NCBI GenBank assembly: GCA_965649765.1
Contig: OZ287753.1
Coordinates: 23,312,001 to 23,376,000 of the forward strand
Direction: 5' to 3'
Origin: Bispira polyomma
Taxonomy: Eukaryota
Length of the DNA: 64,000 bases
Of this stretch, positions 51,974 through 64,000 are shown one piece after another; positions within the stretch are counted from its first letter, which is position 1, and every line of letters begins with the position of its first letter. The translations under genes and the position numbers were made by a program. The notes under the pieces were generated by a model that searched no databases, was not told where the DNA came from, and saw only the letters and a program-made list of their open reading frames with translations.

Positions 51974-53659
51974 CACTGAAAAGTGCGGACACATTATTGT
52001 TTGTCCTGGGGTAGAGTGTTGTCAAAAATTGGTCGTTTAGTATACACCAGGTGCTTGGTGTATGTGTATGTGTTTTATTTCTGTAACATGCAGTTGAATG
52101 GAAATGGAAGAAAATGATAACACATAAGTGTAAAACATATTTATAAACTACATATAAAGTTTGTCATTGTGTTTGACTATCTTGTTTATTAATATATATA
52201 GTTTTTTCAAAGTTATAAATAAAGGAAATGGCAAATCTGGCAAATCACAAAAAAATGTGAATAACTTATTATTTTTCATAGAAGGGTTGTCATGAATTTG
52301 TCAATAATTTGGAAATACCAGTCAAATGACAAATTGTACTGTTTGTTTAGTACTTCGACTTTGCAAATGTGTGCACCTTTTTGTAGTGCTAGTGGACATA
52401 GTTTCTGCATTTCAAAAATAATAGTACACCAAATGATTTACTGTTAAGGTCATTTTTTATGAGAAGTAAATAATAATTTTTTTTAAGATTATGTTTTAAT
52501 TTGTCAATGTTTAATTTGTCAGTGTTTAATTTGTATGTCAACTGATGAAGTTGCTGCCATAATGCCATGGGTCTGTGCATCAGCAAATATTTTACCAAGT
52601 TTTCCAGAACTATGGAAGAGATGAGCTTGTATGAAATACAGATACCTGACTATATTGATAAAGAAAATATTTGGACGTTCACTTTTTGGGTAACAAATTT
52701 TGGAAATATATTAATTTCAAGTTTTAGTTTCATCAATTATATTTGGGAACATTTTTTGGACTGAAGCGTGATTGCTTTTTAATCAGTTTTAGGTCATCCG
52801 AAATTGATTCCAACAGCCACGTTCGACTGGTACGATAGATACTTATCTTATTTAATTAGAAAAAAAGATTAGTATCTGTGACTGTTTGTCTGGTCAATCT
52901 ATATAAAACATAAGTATCAAAGTTATACATATATCTTGCTGGTTAACTGTCTAAATAAGTCATATGATCAGCTAAATAATCATATGTTTTAGCAGAGAGC
53001 ACTTTGAAGTATTAACTTCCATGTAAGAATATTTAGTTGTGTTTGACTTTTGGCTAGGCAACCACCATGTGTTACGTTTTATATAATGATGAAAATAGAA
53101 TTAAATATTACCTTAAATGTACACATATTTGAATAAGTATATTATATGGATGCATAATTTATCTAATAGGTTAGCATTCCTTAAAGTATTGTATTTATGT
53201 CAAATATGGCTATATCGCCCATCATGCAGGTGGTATACTTCCGAGTCTTTCCTTTGTTAATTTTTGTTTGTTTTCGGTGGTAGATAGTTTTTTTTTTCTG
53301 TGCTTCTGGCAGCATAATAGTTAAGTATATCTGTTAGTGCGCTGGTGGGTGGAATTTACAGATACTTATGTGAAACCATACCAGTAGAACAGCCTAAATG
53401 ATAAAAATATGACAATTTTATGACTATTTTTTAATTTGTCCAAAATGGTGCCAAGTTTTTTAAATGACAATTTAAAAATCGTTAAATGTTTGTTAATTAT
53501 TCATCAATAATTGAGCATATATTTGTCTTTTTGACAAATTTGAGTTACAAGCTTTTAAAAAAATTTTGACAAGAAATAAATATTTGTTTTAGGCACTATG
53601 TGGGACAATTTTTTTTTTTTTTTTTTTTGGTCATATATTAGTCAAAATAATTTTCAGTG
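51974..53659. mobile_element. CACTG-ended EnSpm/CACTA-type non-autonomous element upstream of paralog B
   Basis: Ends CACTGAAAA / TTTTCAGTG with TA on both sides; many TTTGTC/GACAAA subterminal motifs; the empty site is present in copy A (~41405). Confidence 0.7.
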
Positions 53660-53742
53660 TACATCTGATACTAAATACTATTTTATCATACTGAATAACC
53701 ATTATTGCGAAACACAACACTCTAACTTCACCAACGACGACC

Positions 53743-56156
53743 ATGGAGGGATTTGAGGAGAATTGTACCATGCATGGCATCAAACAAAGCTGTTCCAAAC
53801 AAGTGAACCAAGCAAGGAAGATTGTGTGGATTATTATTGTAACTGGCATGGTGTTTGGAATGGGTGGATTGGTGATTCAAACACTCGTGAATTATTTCAA
53901 GTGAGTGAACATTTATAGTATAATGTATCAAGGAAAAACATTACCCATATAGCTTTACTAATTTGACTAGTGTTTAATTGCAATAAATATTTTTCATGAT
54001 GCACTTTTCCAGATTTTAACATCCACAAGCTGTAATTTTTACATTGAATATCTGTAAGCATAAAAAAGAAAAGAGTGAGTTCCCTGACAGTAACAGGTAT
54101 AATGTAATACCCGGTGTAATCCCATATTAAAATCAATTGACAAGAACATTAAAATTACAGGTTATATCTATATTTGTTGGCCATTTACTTCGATATAACC
54201 ATAATGGTGACTGTCAAGTTGGTATTTGTATTTTTCATCTATAATTTTGGTTTAAAGTAGGAGGGACCTGCAGAGATCAGATAACCATTCCATTAAAATA
54301 TTTTATGGCAGAACAAATTTGTACAGGTTTACATTGCCTTTGTTTAAGGTAAATTTGTCATATTTAAACATTCTGAACCTCTGAAACATTGTTGTACATG
54401 TACTATATATATCTGAAACAGCTGTTACATATTTGACTGATTATATGTATTGTAAACCAATTTTGTTACAGAAATAAAATCACTAAAATGTGCAAATGCT
54501 AGAGTATTAGCTTACCTATATATAATATTTGTAATACTTATTTCCAGGTATGAGTCCTATACCACTTCACAAAAGATCTGGAATAACACATTGGAACTCC
54601 CTGGTATAACCATCTGCAACTTTAACAGAGTGTCCAGAGCCAACTATGATGTTCTTATGCAGCAACTCTACTTTGTCTATGGCCAAGCAAATCAAACAGA
54701 GGCAATTGCAGAGCTCTGGAAGCAGACCAATGGCACTCCAATGATACTGGAACCATACTTTACTATTGATAACTCTGTGGGACAACCCATTGACAGATTG
54801 TTGGCTTGGTGTATGTTCTCAAAGAAACCTTTCACATGTATGGATTATTTTACTCCAGTGATCACAGACGGGGGACTTTGTGCATCATTTAATGCCAAAC
54901 CTCACAGGAATTCTTTGAAAACATTGTTAGTCCAACAGCCAGGTTATTATTATTATTATTATATTTATTACTTAGCGTGCATATAAATATAAGGGTTTTA
55001 CTGTTCATATACTCTTGTTTTCCCACAAAAGCTACAAAAGAGTAGCTTCATAATGCTCGTGATATGTGGTGACTATGTTAAATTGGCATCCAGTAGCACC
55101 ATATTTTACTTGAATGTACATTTAATTTTTTAAGGTATATAGCACGATAGTTTTGCTGAAAAGATTTATTCAAGGCTTCATTCATTTTTAAAATTATTCT
55201 TTATTGGTGTTTTGTTTCCCAAGAAATGGTTATTTGTTAACAACAAACTTCAAAACTAAAGAATTATAACATATTTCCTTTATAGGCTATAATAATTCAT
55301 TCAGGATATAGTAATGTAATTATATAAATTTAGAAAGTGTCTTCTTATTTTCCTAAATCTATTTTCTTATTGAACAGGAAGCGATTTTTCTCTACAACTT
55401 GTGTTAGATCTACACACTGAAGATGCTTTGAGAATATATCAAACAGACAAAACACTTGGAACAGGAGTACAAGTGTTAATTCATCACCCAAGCAACTTCC
55501 CTTTTATGGCCAGCAATCCACTTCAGCTTTCCCCTGGGTATCAGCATTTTATTGCAGTTCAGTCATCTTATGTCCATCGCCTGTCTGAACCCTATGCCAC
55601 AAAGCCATGCAATTCCGATAATTTTTATGACATTAATGAATGTCTTTATCATTGTCAGTTGAATACTCAGTTTGCCAAGTGTGATTGTAATGTATACAGT
55701 TCTCAACTAGATAATGCCTGCTCATATTATAATGGAATAATGGATTGTTATGACATTGATATTAAGGACTACTATGAAGCGAGCTGTAACTGCAGTCCGG
55801 CATGTTCATCTTATAAGTATAGTTTCAGGCATAGTTCTATTAGTTTGCCGTCTAATGCAACCAGTGATGACTTTGTTAGAATGACAGGCATAAATAGAAC
55901 AGATTTGCAAGATATCCACGAAAACATTGTTCATTTACAAATTTATTTTGAATCAATGGAATACCATGTTATTACAGAAACTCCTGCAGTTAAGATATAT
56001 GATTTAATTGGTAACATTGGGGGGCTTCTCGGTTTCTTTCTGGGAGCTAGCTTGATAACTCTCATAGAATTGTGTGAACAAAGTTTCATTTCTTCTTACA
56101 AAACAGTAATTAAGAAGAAAGCTTTCACAAAAGTGACTGTAATGCCTAAAAACTAG
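53743..56156 (+). CDS. DEG/ENaC sodium channel subunit, paralog B; exons 53743-53900, 54548-54942, 55378-56156; 443 aa
   Basis: Same exon lengths, phases and motifs as paralog A; ACCATGG Kozak context; open frame through the GASLITLIE TM2 to the stop. Confidence 0.93.
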
Positions 56157-56459
56157 CAATATACAAGATTATGAAAGCTGAGAGATTTATTCGGGCACCT
56201 TGCATAATTAATGTTTATACTTCAAGGAAATTCAATGTGATAGTGGACATTTCAGAACTGATGGTTAAATTTATTTCTCAATAACCAAGGTGGTATTTAT
56301 TTAACTACCTTTTGTTACATGCTCTTAGATTAGATAGCACAAAATCTACCACAAATTAATCAATGCACTTTTTGTTATAGGATGTTTTACTAATAACCAT
56401 TTTGATTGGGAATTTTTGGAGTTTAAGACTAAGCGTGCCAAACAATTTCATATCATCTG

Positions 56460-56700
56460 TAATATATTCAGTAAATTGTTTGATATTCATGCATACAATG
56501 TACCCTTACAGCACTCTGATTTGGATGTTTTTATTGCATTAACCACTGTTTTTTTAGCTTTGGTTGTGAGATTGTATCTTTTGTAATGTATGTTCCTTAG
56601 CTGAAAATAACATGATTCACAAACTTGATCTACAAGAGTCTGCACACTGAAATCTTGTTTTTCATATTTCTGACAGAAAGCCATGCAACTATGATAATAA
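56460..56700 (-). mobile_element. Old L2/CR1 RT 3' fragment
   Basis: VDQVCESCYFQLRNI...LTTKAKKTVVNAIKTSKSECCKGTLY resembles the ...CYF.LRNI...LV.SRLDYCNSLL motif. Confidence 0.55.
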
Positions 56701-58394
56701 AGAGCAGGGTAGCAGAAAATTATATTCGGAAGAGTAAACATTGTGTGGTTTTTAGAACAACAATGTTTGCTATATATATTTTATTTTAGTAATTCTTTTT
56801 AAATTTCAAAAATAAAAGTTGCTTCAATTATGACATTATTAAAATTCATGATATAAAAAAGGTAACGTTTACATATAAAAAACATTAAATTATATTTAAT
56901 ACTGCTACAATGGTGTCATCCATGCATACATAAAATTAACAATTTAATTTAAGCATTTGTGAAGCACCAAATTAATGAAGTATCCTCTAAGGTTTCTGAT
57001 TCTCCGAAAAGAGATAGTCTGTTCACAATTGGTGTAGGCTAGGTAAGCCTGAAAATGTAGGTTATCCATTGATTTGCAACCTTTTATCCTATGTTATCTT
57101 TTGAAGCTTTTATAAATTAACTTTACAAAGCTCAAATGTAAGAAATAATTGTAGTTATCGACGACTGAAGTAGATATATCTTCAAACTGCTTGCAAATGA
57201 ACAAAGTTGCAAATGTTCAAAAAAATAAATGATGTCCTTGAAATCATAAAAGAAAAGAAAAGCTGATCAATTATAATTTCCAAAAATACCATACAATACT
57301 TTGATGATGATGAAAGATACAATGGTAATTTCAAATCACAATGCATTATTACTTAAGCAGGCAGTATTGTATTCGTACAATTTCGCTTTCCTTCTTGTTT
57401 GTAAGTGTAATTTAGTTAATGAATCTTATGCTTTAATAATTTTTCTAAAGTCAGAAGTAAAAAAAAAGCTTTTTAGGAAAAAATAACCTTATGAAACAAA
57501 TCATTCTCTTTGTATACACTTAACACACATGTCAACCATGTCTTTATTTTTAAGTTACTCCAGGCTAATACCCTCAAGTTTTATTTGAGACTGGGTCTAA
57601 ATAAATAGGGAAAACTAAAATCATTTTAAGATAAGCTCAGTCAATTTCACATACATAAAATAAACTGATTCCTGCACTAATTTCACATCACAAACTTATG
57701 GAGATTTCATGACACTCTTTGGGCAGACATGACACTGTTTGGTTAATTGTCAATATCTCATTTTCTGATGACTTAGCCAAGTAATTTTAAGCATTGCAAC
57801 TTTTGACAACTGTAAATATATAGAATGTAAAATGGCAATATAAAAAGAAGTTTTTTATTCATAATAAAAAGATATATAGATTGATGTCTCATGCTTCATT
57901 GTAACTCTATTATGTATGCATATTTTCTAATTTAAGTATCTATGTTAAAATACATTGAAATGCAAGATAGATGTATTTAGTAGACATGTAATACTAATAA
58001 TATATTTTATGAAGATAAGCTGGCTATTTTGTTTTTACTATATTCAATTGGTTTATTGATTTTGTTGTTGCACTTTAACAGCTGGATTGCTTCAATACAA
58101 TGTGTTAAAACCATAACACAATACAACTTACATTCAGATGGTTATTATAACATATGACCCTATTCAAATGTAACATGGATGAACTTTTCGAAATATTCTA
58201 ACCTGGGTAGCCATGATTGGGTGAAAATCTGTGAATTTAGTAAATACACTATAAAACTGGGTGGTACATATATCTTAAAATAATTCAGTACCGGTTACTT
58301 ATAAAGTGGAAGTAGGGACAACCCAAAAGTTTCTTAGCTGAGAAAGTTGAAGTTAAAATGGGTCAAGGAATTTTACAGCGAACCCAACAAAACA

Positions 58395-58657
58395 GCAGCG
58401 AAAGTGTCGTGCAACAAAACCTCTGGTAATCACACACAGTAGTGCATCTTCACATACGAACTTCATAGACTGATGCACCTGCTCTTTCACTCATCGCAGC
58501 TGCTTCTTCTATATTATTGATGACCAACTTTCCAAAGGCCTTGTCCTGGATGACACATTTGTTGCAGTTGGTGCAGCGGATGGAGACGGTGTGTCCACGG
58601 GGCTTCTTTAAACGTCTGTTTAGCATTTTACTTGTTATTTTGGTTTCCACAAGAAAG
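58395..58657 (-). pseudogene. RPS26: Processed pseudogene of 40S ribosomal protein S26
   Basis: RLKKPRGHTVSIRCTNCNKCVIQDKAFGKLVINNIEEAAA...ASVYE aligns to RPS26 [40 protein letters not shown]. After a frameshift it reads YVKMHYCV*. No intron; ATG lost. Confidence 0.9.
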
Positions 58658-59929
58658 TTAATAAGACAATTTTAATATCAGCATTGATAGCAACTTTAAC
58701 TTTTTACATTTAATACTGGATATACTTTTCTGATGCTTGTTGATTGTACATTTAAATGATTTTTTTTTTTAGTGTTGTGGTTGCAATAACACATCAAAAT
58801 CAGTTTTCAAAACGACAAAACGGATTGGTTCGTTTTGTACTAACTCAAATGTTCTGGTAATTTTTACTCAATCATTTTGGGGGAGTATGCTACCAACCAT
58901 GTTTTACTACTGATAGTTTTGAGTTAATTCCATGAATGTTCATAGTAACGTGAACACAAAAGATTGATTTATTCCCACAAAAATAATTTAGTTAAAAACA
59001 ATGTACAAGTTTACACTTTTCATTTAAGGTGAATAAAACTTACCAGTTTTAAGAGACCAACCATGCACTAATCTCACTGACGTAATTTTATTTTTGATGG
59101 AGGTTATCACAAATGATATTAGGATAATTGACTTTATCTCTAGCAAAAGGTGCAATTGAGGAACAGCTCTGTCGAAAAGTATTGGCTGACGTGACCACCA
59201 TTGAAAAGGGCGCTGTCATTTTAGAAATAATATGCAAGGCCTTCAAGGATTGATGGGAGTAATCAACTAGGTAAAACTGAGGGAATCATATTTGCTTGAG
59301 TCTCTAATAAACAGTGGTTTTAAACAGTTCAAATCAGACATTTTAGCTGTATGTGTATAAATTACTGCATTTTGGTCTACTTGTTAGAAGAAGTGGAGAA
59401 ACAGGATGTAAATGGTTTGCCTGCATTAAACACGTACTGTAGAATTTTATTAAAAGAAGATCACTGCATTAAAATTATCATTTGTTTTATTGTTCTAGCA
59501 TTTACTAAACCAAGACAAAAGTAATATGTATTAAAAGCTTATTCTCTTGAGAATATAATAAAATAGATATAATTTACAATTACTTGATCACCTGTTTAAA
59601 AACAACCACATTCCACTGATAAACAAAGAAAACTTTGCTTAGACATCTTTGAACTATTCTTGTTTTATTACTTAATTATAATCAACAATTAGTTATATTT
59701 GATGATTTTCTTTTGTAATAAAAATTTATGTCACAATAATTAAATTTTGTATTACTTGGAATTTTATTCATGTATATTTTTTTCCAACATTCTTTTGACC
59801 ATTTTATATGTGCCATTGAACAAATCAATTTATTTTTTGTGCGTGTATGGTTTTATGTTTGTGTTATAAACATTAGGTAAATATGCCCTTCTAGCTGTAA
59901 CAGGACAAAAAGCTGTGGACATCTTAGTA

Positions 59930-62475
59930 TTATTATTATTTTAGATTTTTAACGCGCTTTATTGATGCTAGGCATCTTCTAAAGCGCAACAGCAGAATCA
60001 TTAGTCCAATCATTAAGCCCATGGAAATAGCAAAGTCATAAGGAGGGAAGTGGGAGCGTGCACGAAGAAAGCTAAGGTGGGTAAGCAAGATTAAAAAGAT
60101 GGGTTTTAAGCTTTTTCCTAAAACCGATAAGTGTGTCAACTGATCTGAGGTCAACTGGGAGACTGTTCCATAACCATGGAGCTGCAGTGGAGAATGCTCT
60201 GAAACCCGGCTTTCTGATTGGTGTGACCGAAGTGACGGAGAGTCTGTTGCCTCTCTTGTGATTACTGAAGGAAAGAAGGGAGGCAAGATAGGGTGGCTGT
60301 TGAGTGACTACAGCCTTAAAAGTGGTAATGTGAATCTTAAACAAAATTCGAGATTTAATGGGCAGCCAGCCCAGTAGGCAAACAACTTGGAAAGCAAGTT
60401 GATTTCAACCGAAGAATTCAGGTTGCAATACGTTTAGATTTTGCAAACCGTTTTTAGTTGGATCTAACATTGAAATCTGGTTGATTCCAACCGGAGAATT
60501 CAGGTTGGATCCAACATTGAATTCTGGTTGGATCCAACGTTGAAATTTTGTTGTTTTTCAGTTGGATCCAACATTGAAATCTGGTTGATTTCAACCTGAC
60601 AATTCAGGTTGGATCCAACATTGAAATCTGGTTGTTTTCTGTCTGAGATTTCAGGTTAAAATGTGTGTAGATTTTGCAAACTATTTTTTGTTTAGATCCA
60701 ACAGTAAAATCTGTTTGAGTCTAACAGAGATAGAATGTGAACAAACTGGATGTTATTTAATTAGATGACAGTGGAAAATTGTTGAATTTATATGGATCAT
60801 AATGTGGTCATAGTTGGAAAGGTTTTTGTAACCTTGTTACAATTAAATTATTCTATAAATTTATCGCAAGGCAAATGGAAACTCTTATTGGGTAAATTTG
60901 AAATCAAATTAAACGACACAAATAGTGGGAATCAATAAATATAAGTTTTATTGTGTGGATTGTGTATAATTATTGACATTAATTATTTTATATGTATGAG
61001 TGTCTTTTCTTTCTGGTGTATATTCTCTGTTGAGCCTGCTAATTGGAGTATTCTATTATTTTATATTTTGACGAAATTGTCCACTCGACTCCACTGAACA
61101 CTATAAAATAATTGACTTTATTGGTTTATTGGTCCCTGAATATAACTTTCTAACAATAGTCAACACGTACATACAACCGCACTGGAATAGAACTAAAATG
61201 TAATCTTTTATATTTCATTCCACTTTTATTCAATTAAGGTGTTTATCACTGACTCTATATGTGTCTGTATCTTTAGTGTTTACTCCAACAGAATGATTCA
61301 AGGAAGTCTGTTTGTCTGGGGATGTCTTCCTAAAAGCAATAAATAGCTGCATTAAAAACTACTCAAACACAGTTGTAGCAAAAGTATATGTTATCTTATA
61401 CATATGTAGTACTTGAGAACAAAACACACATACACTAGGCCCAATTATAAGTCTCTATATACTATTCTTCAAATGAAAGTCCCATAATTGTGGAATTTTT
61501 TTATGTTTTACATGTGTATGGAAAAAGATGACCCCGGGATGTAAAAAGTCAAATGGAAAGTATGCCCATATACTGGACATTTAAACCTGTCTATAATAAT
61601 TTGTAATGTTAAATTTTATGATACATATATATACATTATAATTTGAAAGTAAATGATTGCTCTAGTATTAAAGAAATCCGTATTGAAAAAAGGTAGATTT
61701 AGAGATGAAAAAGATTGTTTTCTGCACAGAACTACAGTTAAAAAGTTAGATATTTCAAGTTGGTTTATTATAGATTTCAAGTTGAATTCCTATACAAAAA
61801 CTAGTGAAATATTTTCATTTGGTATAATTAATTTTTTAAGCATTTTGTTCATTAAGGATAACCACAAACTATAAATTATTACAGTTACACAACAGTTTTA
61901 TATTTTTGCAGTGTGTATATATCTGAAATGTATGTCTACATATAAATATTGAACTCTATACAGTTATTTCAGTACTAGTAATGCCTCAGGAGCACCTGTT
62001 AAAATTTAAATCTTACAAGTTTAGGCTATTATGACAATATACAACATTACATACTACATTATTTTATGCAAAACTATTCCTTGATATATATCAAACTAAC
62101 ATGTATTAAAAACAATGAAAGCAAAAAGAGATTTCTCAAGACATTACACATAAATTTAAAATTATAAATGCTTACCTTCAACAAAGATGTCTGCCAGGAA
62201 GTGTAAACAAGCTCACTGAGCATGCTCCAGTCAGGTATTCAACCAAAAATCAACACTATTTCTAATCTAAAGGCGGCTACTTTTTCAAGTCTGGATATTG
62301 ACTCAGATTTAGTGTTGAAAATCCATTTATCAATGTCAGGACCAATTTTCAACACTAAATCTACGTCGTTTTCAAGTCATGTGCCTGCTGGGAGTGTAAT
62401 TTTTTGAGGTAAGGAGTGACGTCTGTGTGACAACCCAGGCGAAAAATGACCCTACATAGGTAGTTTTGGATGGAC
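59930..62475 (-). mobile_element. L2/CR1 3' fragment (59930-60369 and 62393-62475) split by the EnSpm insertion
   Basis: RAFSTAAPWLWNSLP...FRKKLKTHLF with a (TAA)n tail; the sequence resumes after 62392 exactly as in the uninterrupted copy at ~45660. Confidence 0.88.
60370..62392. mobile_element. Non-autonomous EnSpm/CACTA (CCC-ended) element, copy 2
   Basis: Same TIRs and interior as 28626-31000; 2-bp TSD AG; carries a ~0.33-kb internal deletion. Confidence 0.9.
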
Positions 62476-63360
62476 AAATAATATATAATAGATAAAATAG
62501 ATAAATGGACAAATTCACAGTCTACATTTTCCTATATGTTTTTATTATTTCATAATCTATATCTGTATCATAATTCTCAATATGATGTAAAATATACTTT
62601 TATATTGATGTTATTAAGTAATGGAGTATTTATATTTCATATGAATTCCTGTAATTGGTTATTAGTATTAATTAAAAACTTTCACAGTTTCTGTCTATAC
62701 TTTATATTAGTATTTATAATATATAGCATTATGATACAAGGTCATTTTATATTCATGTTATTATTGGTGTAGTATATACTTTTTCTGACATATAACCTGT
62801 ATATATAATGTAATGACTTGTTTGTATCTTTATCACACATACATATAGTATCAAATGCTTTTAGTATACACTTTGTATTAAGTATTTAGCCAGCCCTTAA
62901 GATCTTACAAAAAAAATCAAATGCAAATGAAATCAAAGACCTTAGTTCCATATAATAGCACTTATCTACAGACGAACCAGTATTGAATTCATTTCTTGCT
63001 CAAGATATTTATGTTTAATTACTTTTTGTAGCCATTAAATGTTAAGCTGCTTATTTCTGCTGGCACATGTAAATATGTAAGGTTTAGTTTTTATCAAGAT
63101 AAAATTTAAAGGCCAGTACATTTCATTTTCACATGTATATCCTAGAGCAAGTGATGTTTGGTTCAATTCAAGTGTCATTATCATTTAACTGTTTATCCAG
63201 TATTTAACATTATGCCACAGATCTATTACCTTAGAACATTCAGAAAATATATGAATGAAGGTTTCACTATATTGCCAACATAATAAACAAAAATCATTTT
63301 CTTGATATTTTAGTTATCAACAAGTTGTGGTTTACTCCCATTATTCTGTAAAGAATTCTA

Positions 63361-63587
63361 TACTGAGACCATATATAACTATTGGACTTAACTGAAAAAA
63401 AGCATGCAGTGTACAATCTTTTCCATTTGAATGTATCTAGTTTTTCATTCATTTCCAAATTCCATTTTGTTTCATTCTTTACAAGAGTATCATCTAATTT
63501 ACAAAGTGATAGATAGATAGATATCTTTTGTACTTTTATTACTGCCTACTAGTAATTTTATCTGGAATGGTATATATGGTCTCAGTA
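63361..63587. mobile_element. Short MITE
   Basis: 17-bp perfect inverted repeats TACTGAGACCATATATA / TATATATGGTCTCAGTA with an internal (GATA)n. Confidence 0.65.
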
Positions 63588-63599
63588 TTACAAAATCAT

Positions 63600-64000
63600 T
63601 TTGTTTTTATAAATATTAATAAAAGATGTAACCAACTTTCTAACTGTAAAATAATGTAAGAAATTAATATTAAAAGGATATCTTTTTTCAAGTCTTCTAA
63701 ACTCACAAATTTTCCTTCTGAATCCACAACATCACCAACTGTATTAATACCATTTTTTTGACCAACTTATGTAAAATAATGTACTACTCGACAATTGTTT
63801 GTTAAACCAGATACTACTGGTTAAAATGCCTATGTTAGAGGTAACCTTCTTAAATCTACTTATTTTTATCCAGTAAGAGAAAACATTTTTCCTGAATGGG
63901 CTCAAGTTTGTCATTAAAGTGGAACACCATTCACCTCCTAAAATACAGAAATTGTCTAAATCACAAACAGTATCAAGTAAAAGTTGATACCAAATTTGGT
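63600..64000 (-). mobile_element. L1/Tx1-clade LINE ORF2 C-terminal fragment
   Basis: Minus frame SSIWFNKQL...FYISWSKNGINTVGDVVDSEGKFVSLEDLKK..NINFLHY matches the post-RT W...GI..D...G.F.S..L...NFL.Y region of Tx1/L1 ORF2. Confidence 0.65.

Larger units (their letters stand above)
37780..57480. repeat. Tandem segmental duplication (~10-11 kb period) containing the DEG/ENaC gene and a Tc1 element
   Basis: 37780-45325 is collinear with 47735-56370 apart from insertions, and ~47105-47490 matches ~57002-57420. Confidence 0.92.

Noticed and set aside
52540-52560. Other CTGATGA occurrences (also ~23273, ~57765, and minus strand ~5432 and ~32020) as hammerheads
   Set aside because: No stem II/GAAA or flanking helices can be formed.

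Overview
AT-rich, intron-containing, repeat-dense animal (invertebrate-type) genomic DNA with one N gap (50417-50571). The only clearly intact protein-coding genes are two tandem, three-exon DEG/ENaC (ASIC-superfamily) channel paralogs (41490-45075 and 53743-56156, + strand, about 443 aa each). They lie in a ~10-11 kb segmental duplication with a gene-conversion-like tract and copy-specific transposon insertions. Most of the rest is nested mobile DNA: a 143-bp tandem array with higher-order structure, a decayed KolobokP-type SWIM/YqaJ/PHD ORF, hAT, MULE, Tc1 and EnSpm/CACTA elements and MITEs, a near-full-length L2/CR1 LINE with a 2A-like peptide before its endonuclease, tandemly amplified Penelope RT fragments, a deleted Gypsy element, an L1/Tx1 fragment and an RPS26 pseudogene. 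The most notable unannotated signal is an apparently intact type III hammerhead ribozyme (23638-23732, + strand) with a complete catalytic core and a possible loop-loop contact. It sits in a TE-poor island (~21.6-25.0 kb) that also has a CCAAT/E-box/CRE promoter, a putative spliced minus-strand transcript and other structured elements. All family calls come from motif recognition by eye; no searches were run.
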